Positions 16,420 through 24,878 of a stretch of DNA of 64,000 bases are shown here, in pieces (position 1 is the first letter of the stretch; every line of letters begins with the position of its first letter). The position numbers and the translations under genes were made by a program. The stretch comes from Patescibacteria group bacterium. Lineage in GTDB: Bacteria > Patescibacteriota > Minisyncoccia > Minisyncoccales > Staskawiczbacteraceae. Where the stretch lies: assembly GCA_038065715.1 (NCBI GenBank), contig JBBTQL010000004.1, positions 35,693-99,692 of the forward strand, read 5' to 3'. The notes beneath the pieces were generated by a model. That model had not been told where the DNA came from. It searched no databases and was given only the letters and a program-made list of their open reading frames with translations.

Positions 16420-18360
16420 ATGGGAGAAAAACCAAACAGAGGAGAAAATGCCAAAAATATACAAATGGTAAAAAATATGGCCGAACAAGCCAAAGCACTT
16501 GAAGATAGTCAAGCTTCAACTAATCCAGAAATAACTCCACCGCAACTTCCACCAAAACCAGACGGAAGTCCAATACCTCCAGAAATTTTTGCTGGAGGTT
16601 TAAAAGGAGTAAAAGCGCCAGCGGAAGAGCTTGTTGGACAGGGAAAATTAGAAAATGTAATTAAACCCAACGAGTCTTTTATCGAAAGTGAAAAAAAATA
16701 TTTTCAAACAAAAGCATATTTTGAAAGATTGATAGAAGCTACTAATGACAAATTAGAAGAATTAAGTTTTAATTTGAAAGAAGGAAAAGGCGCGAAAGAA
16801 GACACAAAAAATGAAATAGCCGATGTAAAAAAAGATTATAAAAAAGTCTCGGATTTGCTTCACGATTTAGAAAACGGAAAAACCGAACAAGTAAAGGTAT
16901 TTATTGCCGACAGGCTGGAATTGGCAAAAAAACAAATTGAGATAGGAGAAATAAAAGAAGATGACGATAAATATACTCATCTTTTAGAGCTTGCTGAAGA
17001 GCTTGGTATACAGAAGGAGGCAGAAAAAGAAAATAAACCTCAAGTTACAGAAAAATTAATTCAGCCAAATGGAAATATAGAAGATGACAGCACAAAAAAA
17101 GTTTTAGATGCGGCAAAAGAAAAATTAGAAAAACAAAGACAAATTTTAGAGTCAGCTTATGGTTCTGGAGATAACACAATAGATGTTGGTGCAGAAGCGA
17201 AGCTAATTGTCAGCCAATTTGAAACGCCCCTGCTAGAGGAAATACCAGTTCCAAAAACAGAGGTTGAGCCGCTTGTTACAGAATCAAGTTTAGAAGAAGA
17301 AAAAGAACAGGGAGAAGCTGTTGTTAGTCCTGATGGCAAATTTATTTACATTAATGGAGAAAAAGAAAAGCCAGCCGTAGAAGAAAAGGTTAGAGTGGAA
17401 TCTGAAGAAGACAGAGAAAAAAGAGAAAAAGCAGAAGCACAGCTGGCTGAAGAAATGCGCTTGCAAAAAATCAAAGAAGCAAAAGAAGAATTAATAAAAA
17501 CAGCAGAGCAGATAAAAACTGCAGTTGCAGAAAAAAATAAAAGCAGTGAGGCGTTGTTATTAGAATCTGCCAAGGGGCCTTTTGAAACAGCAACTGGAGA
17601 AAATTTAGAAAGAAAGAGCGGTGAAAGAGCAGAATTGGTGGCTAAAGAAACAATGAATTGTAAAAGAGTAACTGTGGCAGAATATCTGCAAGAAAATACA
17701 AAAAAAGAAACAGGCATTGCTGAACAAAAACAGAGATTTAAAGCATTAAAAAAATATTGGGCTAATTTATCTAAGGAAGAACAAATACAATATGTTCATG
17801 ACGGTAAAGTTGATGCAAATAAAGTCGCTGTAGATTTGGATAAAAAAATAAATGATAAAAAAGCGGAGTTAGGTAAAAAAGGAATAGAACTTTCTACAAA
17901 TGCATTTTATGCAATGATTGATAATGGATTAAGGCCAGAAGAAATCAAGATATATAAACCATGGTATTCCTCCGTGTTTAAAATAGAAATTCCGCGTTTG
18001 TCTAAAAGAGATAAAAGCGGACCGGCTAAATATTCAGAAAAAGATTTTGCGGAGGAAATTAAAGAGATAGAGGGTGTTTTTAATAAATCAATTAGAAGCG
18101 ATGCAAGAGCCCAACTCGAAAGAAAAATTATATCAGGCAAGAATATATGGAAACAAATAAAGCAAAAGTGCATGAGAAATATAATTGAAGAAACAGCTGA
18201 TGAATATAAAAAACAACAAGAGAATCTGCAGGAAGAACAGGCCGAAAACGCCACAAATAATGTTGCGCCAGAAGTTAAAGTCAGGCGAAGAAAAAATCGA
18301 TTTACTGCGCCAAAAGCTGAGGGTAGACATAAAATAATAAAGAAAAAAAGTAAAAAATAA
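16420..18360 (+). CDS. Large E/K-rich coiled-coil protein of unknown function
   Basis: 646 aa, highly charged and low complexity. No TM helix or signal peptide. Pro-rich N-terminus. Confidence 0.5.
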   Translation: MGEKPNRGENAKNIQMVKNMAEQAKALEDSQASTNPEITPPQLPPKPDGSPIPPEIFAGGLKGVKAPAEELVGQGKLENVIKPNESFIESEKKYFQTKAYFERLIEATNDKLEELSFNLKEGKGAKEDTKNEIADVKKDYKKVSDLLHDLENGKTEQVKVFIADRLELAKKQIEIGEIKEDDDKYTHLLELAEELGIQKEAEKENKPQVTEKLIQPNGNIEDDSTKKVLDAAKEKLEKQRQILESAYGSGDNTIDVGAEAKLIVSQFETPLLEEIPVPKTEVEPLVTESSLEEEKEQGEAVVSPDGKFIYINGEKEKPAVEEKVRVESEEDREKREKAEAQLAEEMRLQKIKEAKEELIKTAEQIKTAVAEKNKSSEALLLESAKGPFETATGENLERKSGERAELVAKETMNCKRVTVAEYLQENTKKETGIAEQKQRFKALKKYWANLSKEEQIQYVHDGKVDANKVAVDLDKKINDKKAELGKKGIELSTNAFYAMIDNGLRPEEIKIYKPWYSSVFKIEIPRLSKRDKSGPAKYSEKDFAEEIKEIEGVFNKSIRSDARAQLERKIISGKNIWKQIKQKCMRNIIEETADEYKKQQENLQEEQAENATNNVAPEVKVRRRKNRFTAPKAEGRHKIIKKKSKK

Positions 18361-18364
18361 TATA

Positions 18365-18412
18365 AAAAAAGAGAGCTGAGGCCAATAAATTGGCTTCAGC
18401 TCTTTGCGTTTT
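18365..18412. terminator. Bidirectional terminator hairpin between convergent genes
   Basis: agagctgaggcca / tggcttcagctct 13-bp stem with A/T runs on both sides. Confidence 0.5.
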
Positions 18413-18439
18413 CCCTATTCCCGATGATTCGGAGAACTG

Positions 18440-18904
18440 CTACTTGTTGGTTTTAGCCGGCTCTTTTGGCGCTGGGAAAAGCTCCACAAACTTTTCCTTT
18501 GCCATTACTGGCACTTCTCTGATGCCCAGAGGCTGGGAAACCTTGGCGTAGAAAACTTTGCCCGAGCTGTCTTCAACAAGCAATAAGGTTTTCTTGTCTT
18601 TTGTCTGGCCCTCCCACATCACGTGGTAGATGTCCTCTTCTTTCGGGGTGGCATCAGAGGCAGTTGTTGGCGACTTTGCAGGAGGTGCTAATCCCTTTTG
18701 CACCAACAAAAACCCCGCAAAAGCGAACATGAAACAGAAAACAACAAACACTCCCAACAGCCATGGCCGTATTTCCCATTTGATGCCGTAGCTAAACGAC
18801 ATCAAAACGAAAAACCCAGCCACGATTATTACCGTCAGGCCAAAACAAATCTGAAGCACGTCCATTTTCAGACTCCCTATAGTAGGAACTTTTTGACGCA
18901 ACAT
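18440..18904 (-). CDS. Hypothetical membrane protein (GC elevated relative to neighbours)
   Basis: Two TM helices, then a soluble C-terminal domain. Local GC is clearly above flanking DNA. Confidence 0.5.
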   Translation of the reverse strand: MLRQKVPTIGSLKMDVLQICFGLTVIIVAGFFVLMSFSYGIKWEIRPWLLGVFVVFCFMFAFAGFLLVQKGLAPPAKSPTTASDATPKEEDIYHVMWEGQTKDKKTLLLVEDSSGKVFYAKVSQPLGIREVPVMAKEKFVELFPAPKEPAKTNK

Positions 18905-19034
18905 AGTGTCGCGTTCTTTATTTATAGTATCATATTATATAATGGTTGTCAACCCTTCACCTTTCCGTCAATACTTGTTCCTAAAAATATTCAAAATTAT
19001 AAGACTTCTATACGGCTTTTAAAAATTTGATTTC

Positions 19035-21083
19035 TTAAGGTGAAGGGTCAATAGCTGGTGGATTATTTATTAAATCTCTAATTTCTGCCGCTCTTTCAAA
19101 GTCTAAATTTTTAACGGCTATTTTCATTTCTTTTTCCAGTAATTTCCTGTCGTGTACTGCCCAAAATTCTTCTGAAACAACTTCTTTTTTTGAAAAACCC
19201 CAATCGCGTATGTCTTTTATTATTGCTTTTGGATTTATTTTATTTTTTTTATTGTAAGCTATTTGTATTTTTCTTCTTCTGTTTATTTCGTCAATGGCTG
19301 ACTGCATAGAAAAAGTAGTTTTGTCTGCATATAAAATAACGCGCCCCTGAAGGTGCCTTGCGGCCCTGCCCATTGTTTGTATTAAGGTTGTTTTATTTCT
19401 TAAAAAACCTTCTTTGTCAGCGTCTAAAATTGCAACCAATGAAACTTCGGGCAGATCAATCCCCTCTCTTAGAAGATTTATTCCAACTAAAACATCGTAT
19501 TTTCCCTCTCTTAAATCTTTTAAAATTTTAGGCCTTTCCATTGTTTTTATTTCAGAATGCAGATATTGGGTTTTGATTCCTCTTTCAATTAAATAATCAG
19601 AAATTTCTTCTGCCAATCTTTTTGTTAAAGTTACAACTAAAACCCTATGTTTTTTAGCAGTTTCTTTTTTAATTTCTTTTATTAAGTCTTTAATTTGATT
19701 CTCGGTTTTTTTGATTTCAATTGATGGTTCTAATAATCCGGTTGGCCTTATAAGCTGTTCAACAATATTTTTGCCTGATTTGTGTTTTTCATAATCGGCT
19801 GGAGTTGCTGAAACATAAATTGTCTGCCCGCCTGCAACGGCTATGCCGTAGGCATTGCGGGCAGGCTTTTGCCTTTTTTCAAATTCTGCAAAAGTTAAAG
19901 GCCTGTTATCAACTGCAGAGGGCAAACGAAATCCAAAATCAATTAAAGTTTCTTTTCTTATTTTATCTTGAACCGACATAGCGCGAATTTGCGGAATTGA
20001 AATATGCGACTCATCAATAAAAATTAACGACCCTTTAGGATTGAAGTAATTAAAATAATCAACCAAAGAAAATGGAGCTTCGCCATGTTTTCTAAATTCC
20101 AAATGCCTTGAATAGTTTTCTATTCCATGGCAAAAGCCAACCTCTTGCATCATCTCTACGTCATAATTTGTTCTTTGCCCTAATCTTTCTGCTTCCAGTA
20201 ATTTTTTTTGTTCATTTAATTTTTTTAGCTGTTCGTGCAATTCTAATTTTATATTTTCTATGGCTATATTTATTTTGTCTTTTGGAGCCACCCAAAAAGT
20301 TGCGGGGAATAGACATAAATTTGAAATTTGAAATTTGAAATTTGAAATTTCGATATTTTTATCGTTAGTTTTTTTTCTGTAAATTTTTTTTATAATATCA
20401 TTGCCAAATTCAATTCTAATAATTTCTTCGCCTGTTACTAAAAATATATCTATAATATCTCCCCTGACACGAAAAGTGGCTGGCTTAAAATCCCAGCCCG
20501 CATTGCTACGCGAAGCGTTGCTGGCGGGAATATCATTTCTTTTATATTGCAAAGCTATAAGATGTGAAATAAATTCTTTGCGTTTTATTTTTTGCCCGGG
20601 GTTTATATCCAAAGAAACATTTTGATAGTTTTCAGGCGAGCCAATATTATAAATGCACGACACAGAAGCCACTACAATTACATCTTTACGCGACAGAACA
20701 TCTTGAACTGCCGAATGCCTTAACCTGTCAATTTCTTCATTTATTTTTGCATCCTTTTCTATATATGTGTCTGATTGCGGGATATAGGCTTCGGGCTGGT
20801 AATAATCATAATAAGAAACAAAGTAATGCACGGCGTTGTTTGGAAAAAATTCTTTAAATTCCTGGTAGAGCTGGGCAGCTAAAGTTTTGTTTGGAGAAAT
20901 AACTAAAGTAGGTTTTTGGATTTTTTGTATAACATTAGCTAATGTGAAAGTTTTGCCCGAGCCAGTAACGCCTAAAAGCACCTGGTCTTTTACGCCATGT
21001 TTGAGATTATTAGTCAGTTCTCTTATTGCTCGTGGCTGATCTCCGGTAGCTGAGAATTTAGATTTTAATTTAAAGTTGGTCAT
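19035..21083 (-). CDS. uvrB: Excinuclease ABC subunit B UvrB
   Basis: Helicase motifs GVTGSGKT and DESH. C-terminal UVR domain. 682 aa. Heptamer array at 20317-20351 is in-frame (NFKFQISN). Confidence 0.9.
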   Translation of the reverse strand: MTNFKLKSKFSATGDQPRAIRELTNNLKHGVKDQVLLGVTGSGKTFTLANVIQKIQKPTLVISPNKTLAAQLYQEFKEFFPNNAVHYFVSYYDYYQPEAYIPQSDTYIEKDAKINEEIDRLRHSAVQDVLSRKDVIVVASVSCIYNIGSPENYQNVSLDINPGQKIKRKEFISHLIALQYKRNDIPASNASRSNAGWDFKPATFRVRGDIIDIFLVTGEEIIRIEFGNDIIKKIYRKKTNDKNIEISNFKFQISNLCLFPATFWVAPKDKINIAIENIKLELHEQLKKLNEQKKLLEAERLGQRTNYDVEMMQEVGFCHGIENYSRHLEFRKHGEAPFSLVDYFNYFNPKGSLIFIDESHISIPQIRAMSVQDKIRKETLIDFGFRLPSAVDNRPLTFAEFEKRQKPARNAYGIAVAGGQTIYVSATPADYEKHKSGKNIVEQLIRPTGLLEPSIEIKKTENQIKDLIKEIKKETAKKHRVLVVTLTKRLAEEISDYLIERGIKTQYLHSEIKTMERPKILKDLREGKYDVLVGINLLREGIDLPEVSLVAILDADKEGFLRNKTTLIQTMGRAARHLQGRVILYADKTTFSMQSAIDEINRRRKIQIAYNKKNKINPKAIIKDIRDWGFSKKEVVSEEFWAVHDRKLLEKEMKIAVKNLDFERAAEIRDLINNPPAIDPSP

Positions 21084-21181
21084 GTTTTTGGCTGGCCTTG
21101 CCCATCCGAAGCTTTAGCGGAGGAGGGTCGCCTGTTGGTTTAAATTTTGATTTTAATTTGAATTTCATATATTATTATTTA

Positions 21182-21787
21182 ATGATAGCATTTTTATCGG
21201 GTAAAATTTTATTAAAAAAGGACAAGTTTATCATTCTTGAAGCAGCTGGCGTTGGCTACAAAGTTTTTTTAAATCAGCAAACCCTATCCCGACTCGATCG
21301 AGGATCCTCGACGACTTCGTCGTCGGGATTAAAATTATCAGAAATAGGGCAGGATGTAAAGCTATTTTGCTTCCAAAATATAAAAGAAGATGCTTCGGAT
21401 TTATATGGGTTTTTAAGTTATGACGAGCTTGATTTTTTTGAGGTGCTAAACGATATTCATGGCGTAGGGCCAAAAGCTGCTTTGGAAATTTCTGTGTTAG
21501 GCCCCTTAGAAAAAATTAAGGACAGAATTTTAGCGCAGGACGAAAAAATATTTGAAGGAATTCCCGGAATTGGTTCAAAAAGGGCGTCGTCAATTATTTT
21601 AGAATTGACCGGAAAAATAATGGCGAAGTCCGCCTTTGCTAAAGCTTCGCCAGACGAAGCAGAAACCGCTTTAACCCAGCTTGGTTTTTCAAAACAGCAA
21701 GCAAAGGATGCCCTGGCTCGCGTGCCTGTTGCTGTTAAAAATTCTGAAGACAGAATAAAATTAGCGCTTAAAAATTTAGGAAAATAA
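21182..21787 (+). CDS. ruvA: Holliday junction DNA helicase RuvA
   Basis: MIAFLSGKILLK...GVGYKVF domain I. HhH motifs DIHGVGPKAALEI / GIPGIGSKRASSIIL. 40-nt GC palindrome at 21288-21327 is in-frame. The ORF track's upstream start (21098) is probably spurious. Confidence 0.8.
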   Translation: MIAFLSGKILLKKDKFIILEAAGVGYKVFLNQQTLSRLDRGSSTTSSSGLKLSEIGQDVKLFCFQNIKEDASDLYGFLSYDELDFFEVLNDIHGVGPKAALEISVLGPLEKIKDRILAQDEKIFEGIPGIGSKRASSIILELTGKIMAKSAFAKASPDEAETALTQLGFSKQQAKDALARVPVAVKNSEDRIKLALKNLGK

Positions 21788-21791
21788 AAAT

Positions 21792-22097
21792 ATGAAAGAA
21801 ATTTATTTGTTATTAATAGGATTATTATTAGGCATAGTTTTAACATGGGTGTTTGAGTTGATTTTAAAAACTAATAAAAAATTGCGGGAGAAATATTATA
21901 GGCGCCATAAGCTTTTTTGGGGTTACCATATACACCACAGCACTTTTGGATTAGTGTTTATTGCGCTTAATGTGGTTTTATTTTTAATGGATAAAAAACC
22001 AACAGATTTAATTTATACAGCAATAGGCGTAGGAATTATTATTATGCACACTATTTCAGACGGCAGGTTTGTTTTTATAGAAAAACAAAGAAATTGA
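21792..22097 (+). CDS. Small membrane protein
   Basis: 101 aa with 3 predicted TM helices. Tightly coupled to ruvA. Confidence 0.4.
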   Translation: MKEIYLLLIGLLLGIVLTWVFELILKTNKKLREKYYRRHKLFWGYHIHHSTFGLVFIALNVVLFLMDKKPTDLIYTAIGVGIIIMHTISDGRFVFIEKQRN

Positions 22098-22100
22098 AAT

Positions 22101-22129
22101 TTGACTTATTTTTTTGTATTTGCTATATA
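22101..22129 (+). promoter_or_regulatory. Sigma70-like promoter TTGACT-N17-TATATA
   Basis: ttgact 22101-22106, 17-nt spacer, tatata 22124-22129. A terminator lies ~120 nt downstream. Confidence 0.4.
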
Positions 22130-22245
22130 TAAATATATGAACTTCCGAACAGCGGAAAACATAATTATTCTTAGTATTATTAACCTCTCTTAGAGAAGGA
22201 GCATTTTGGGAAATTAAAAAATTAGAAAACCAAGAAATTAAAAAT

Positions 22246-22276
22246 GCCTCTTCTCAAAAAGAGGTTTTTGTTTTTT
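22246..22276 (+). terminator. Intrinsic terminator (cctctt/aagagg + T-run)
   Basis: gcctcttctcaaaaagaggtttttgtttttt. Confidence 0.5.
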
Positions 22277-22343
22277 AGGGCACGGAAAGCTCTAAAATCT
22301 TTTTTTGAAGTTCGTTGACAATCTATCGGGAAAGGAAAACACT

Positions 22344-22562
22344 ATGTGTGATTTGAATGAGGCTCACGAAATAGCCAAGGTTGCATGGAAAAATTCTCCT
22401 ATGAAAAGTTCTTTGTCAAGAAAAAAATGCCCAAGATGTTTTGATAATTGGCAAAGAAATGGCTGCAAGGCAGAACAAAAGCCTCCCTATTTTCCTGCCG
22501 ATTATGAGGAAAATTGTCCTGTCTGTAAAAGCGAACTTTCTAGGCCAGGCATTCCTTTCTAA
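22344..22562 (+). CDS. Small zinc-ribbon protein (two CxxC pairs)
   Basis: SD aaaggaaaac then ATG at 22344. CPRC...CPVC. The ORF track starts at an upstream TTG. Confidence 0.45.
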   Translation: MCDLNEAHEIAKVAWKNSPMKSSLSRKKCPRCFDNWQRNGCKAEQKPPYFPADYEENCPVCKSELSRPGIPF

Positions 22563-22569
22563 AATTAAG

Positions 22570-22600
22570 CCCGCCGGCTTGTATATAGCCGGCTTTTTAT
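22570..22600 (+). terminator. Intrinsic terminator (gccggct/agccggc + T5)
   Basis: Hairpin plus ttttta after the zinc-ribbon ORF. Confidence 0.5.
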
Positions 22601-22770
22601 TTTGCTTCATTCTTAAAAATAAATAAAAGCAAAATAACCCCTCGCCAATTTTACCAATATAGCTTGAACTGCCATAAAGGCCGGCGTAGCCGATTCGCCT
22701 TTCTGTATAAATATATTTAAGAAAAGTCGTTGAAATTGGCGACGGGGTTGCTACCATTATTTAAAACTTT

Positions 22771-24039
22771 GTGTTAGATTGGGTAAATATGAGGATAAAA
22801 GAAGCAGTTAAAAAAATATTAGGCAGAAATTTGTTGGGTTTTTATCATTATGGCATGGCTTTTTTGGGAGCTGTGATTTTTGGTTTTCCATCTAAAAATT
22901 TAACTGTTATAGGGGTTACAGGCACCAGCGGTAAATCAACTACTTCTGATTTTATCACAAGAATTTTAGAAGAACCCTTCGACGGGGCCCAGGGCAGGTC
23001 TGGCAATAAGGTGGCTTCAATTTCAACAATAAGATTTAAAATTGCAGAAAAAGAATGGGAAAATAAATATAAAATGACAATGCCCGGCCGTTTTGTTATT
23101 CAAAAGTTTTTAAGGCAGGCAAAAAAAGCAGGATGCAAATTTGTGGTTTTAGAAGTTACTTCGCAAGGCATTGAACAATATCGCCATAAATTTATAAATT
23201 TTGATACAGCTGTTTTTACTAATTTGTCGCCAGAGCATATTGAAAGCCATGGCAGTTTTGAAAATTACAGAAACGCAAAACTAAAACTATTTCGAGCAAC
23301 AAAAAACATCCATATTATAAATACTGATGACGCAAATTCAAAATATTTTTGGAATATTCCGGCAAAACAAAAAATTGGATTTTCAGCCAAAGATGCGCAA
23401 AACGCTAATTTAAAATTAAATTTAATTGGAGACTTTAATATTTTAAACGCCTTAGCGGCAATTTCTGCGGCAAAGGCATATGGCATTGATTTTAGCATTT
23501 GTAAAAGGGCGCTGGAAAAGGCCAAAGGAATTTCTGGCAGAATGGAAGTGATTCAAAAAGAGCCATTCAAAGTTATTGTTGACTATGCTCATACTCCAGA
23601 ACAACTCGAAAGTGTCTATAAGGCACTTTCTCAAAACCCAAAACCTCAAACTCCAAACCCCAAACTTATTTGTGTGCTTGGAAGTTGCGGCGGGGGAAGG
23701 GATAAATGGAAAAGGACTGTTTTAGGAGAAATTGCAAATAAATATTGCGACAAAATATTTATAACCAATGAAGATCCATATGATGAAAACCCCAACCAGA
23801 TTTTATCTGAAATAAAATCTGGAATTATCAATTCTCAATTTCCAATTTCCAATTTATATGAAATTTTAGACCGTAAAGAGGCAATTAAAACTGCAATAAA
23901 ATTAGCAAAATCAGATGATATTGTTATAATCACTGGCAAGGGTTCAGAATCCTGGATGTGCATAGCAAACGGTAAAAAAATCCCCTGGGACGACAGGCAA
24001 ATCGCTAAAGATGCGTTGGGGCTCCAAACCTTGACATAG
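22771..24039 (+). CDS. Mur ligase family protein (MurE/MurF-like central and C-terminal domains)
   Basis: P-loop VIGVTGTSGKSTT. DYAHTPEQLESVY. N-terminal TM helix. Three in-frame repeat inserts (22975-23005; 23634-23665; 23829-23856). Confidence 0.7.
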   Translation: MLDWVNMRIKEAVKKILGRNLLGFYHYGMAFLGAVIFGFPSKNLTVIGVTGTSGKSTTSDFITRILEEPFDGAQGRSGNKVASISTIRFKIAEKEWENKYKMTMPGRFVIQKFLRQAKKAGCKFVVLEVTSQGIEQYRHKFINFDTAVFTNLSPEHIESHGSFENYRNAKLKLFRATKNIHIINTDDANSKYFWNIPAKQKIGFSAKDAQNANLKLNLIGDFNILNALAAISAAKAYGIDFSICKRALEKAKGISGRMEVIQKEPFKVIVDYAHTPEQLESVYKALSQNPKPQTPNPKLICVLGSCGGGRDKWKRTVLGEIANKYCDKIFITNEDPYDENPNQILSEIKSGIINSQFPISNLYEILDRKEAIKTAIKLAKSDDIVIITGKGSESWMCIANGKKIPWDDRQIAKDALGLQTLT

Positions 24040-24059
24040 ATGCTTTAATATGATATGAT
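24031..24059 (+). promoter_or_regulatory. Promoter TTGACA-N17-TATGAT of the DGR-A target gene, conserved with DGR-B
   Basis: ttgaca 24031-24036, 17-nt spacer, tatgat 24054-24059. The same hexamers and spacing occur at 61998-62025. Confidence 0.45.
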
Positions 24060-24218
24060 TAATAATATAGCTCTTTTTTATTGTTACTTGCGAAATTGGC
24101 AGTTATAGCCAAAAGCTACTGAATTATATCGGTATCTTCTGGCTATGACTGCTATGTCGGTACGTCAAGCAGAAACCAGCCTGTCATAATTGGCGGGCAA
24201 AACAGAAAGGAGATTGTC

Positions 24219-24878
24219 ATGGCTGTGCAAGTCATTGGCGATCTATATGTGGAGTTGGATGGGAAGTTGGCGGAGATTAAGCGGCAAATGAGGCAGCAGG
24301 GAGGCTATCCGTTTGACCCGGAGAAATTAAACAAGTTTCTCCAACTAGCTGTCGAGGGCAGGTTCAACGACAACCGGTGCTGGTGCGAGAAGGAAGGAGT
24401 GATCTACTTTGAGGTCACCTCTGACGGCACGACTGGACCCCAATGGATTGAGCGTCTGGAGAAGAAGGGTATCCAGCTCTCCAAGTGGGCCAAGGACGTC
24501 CTGCTGTCTCCGGACTTCAAGCCGACCAACGGCGTGACCACCGAGATCGCTGTCCTCAAGGGCGCGCTTTTTATGGACAATGATCGCATCACGTCTAAGA
24601 TCCGCGCTGAGGCCGACAAGCGCAAGCTCGTCAAGCCCGAAGCCGAACTCGGTTGCCTTATCCGCGACACGTTCACGGACGAGGAAATCGAAGCCATGGG
24701 TCTTGTGTGGATCGTGGCGTTCCACGAGCCCATCAAGGACTCTGACGGCGATCCGACGTTGCTCGGTGCGCGTCGCCTTGGCGATGGCCGTTGGCTGCGC
24801 GCGTGCTGCGGCCTGCCCGACCGCAGGTGGCTTCGCGACCGTGGCTTTGCCTTCGCCGTCTCGCAAGTATCTTCGTAA
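24219..24878 (+). CDS. DGR variable (target) protein A, with the variable region at its C-terminus
   Basis: SD aaaggagattgtc then ATG. 219 aa, ~57% GC. The C-terminal 42 codons are the VR matched by TR-A. Confidence 0.75.
   Translation: MAVQVIGDLYVELDGKLAEIKRQMRQQGGYPFDPEKLNKFLQLAVEGRFNDNRCWCEKEGVIYFEVTSDGTTGPQWIERLEKKGIQLSKWAKDVLLSPDFKPTNGVTTEIAVLKGALFMDNDRITSKIRAEADKRKLVKPEAELGCLIRDTFTDEEIEAMGLVWIVAFHEPIKDSDGDPTLLGARRLGDGRWLRACCGLPDRRWLRDRGFAFAVSQVSS
24741..24866 (+). repeat. DGR-A variable repeat (VR)
   Basis: 126 nt aligned to TR-A (25208-25333). Mismatches fall essentially only where the TR has A (e.g. TR aatcgcaatgac vs VR cgtcgccttggc). The 3' end ggctttgccttcgccgtctcgcaa is identical (IMH-like). 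Confidence 0.8.

Noticed and set aside
20317-20351. Heptamer tandem arrays considered as a possible CRISPR array
   Set aside because: The units are 7 nt with no spacers, lie inside ORFs, and there are no cas genes. They are simple tandem repeats, not CRISPR.
21098-21181. N-terminal extension of ruvA (MPIRSFSGGGSPVGLNFDF…) from the ORF track
   Set aside because: The extension covers the GC-rich divergent intergenic region shared with uvrB. Conserved RuvA begins at MIAFLSGKI (21182).
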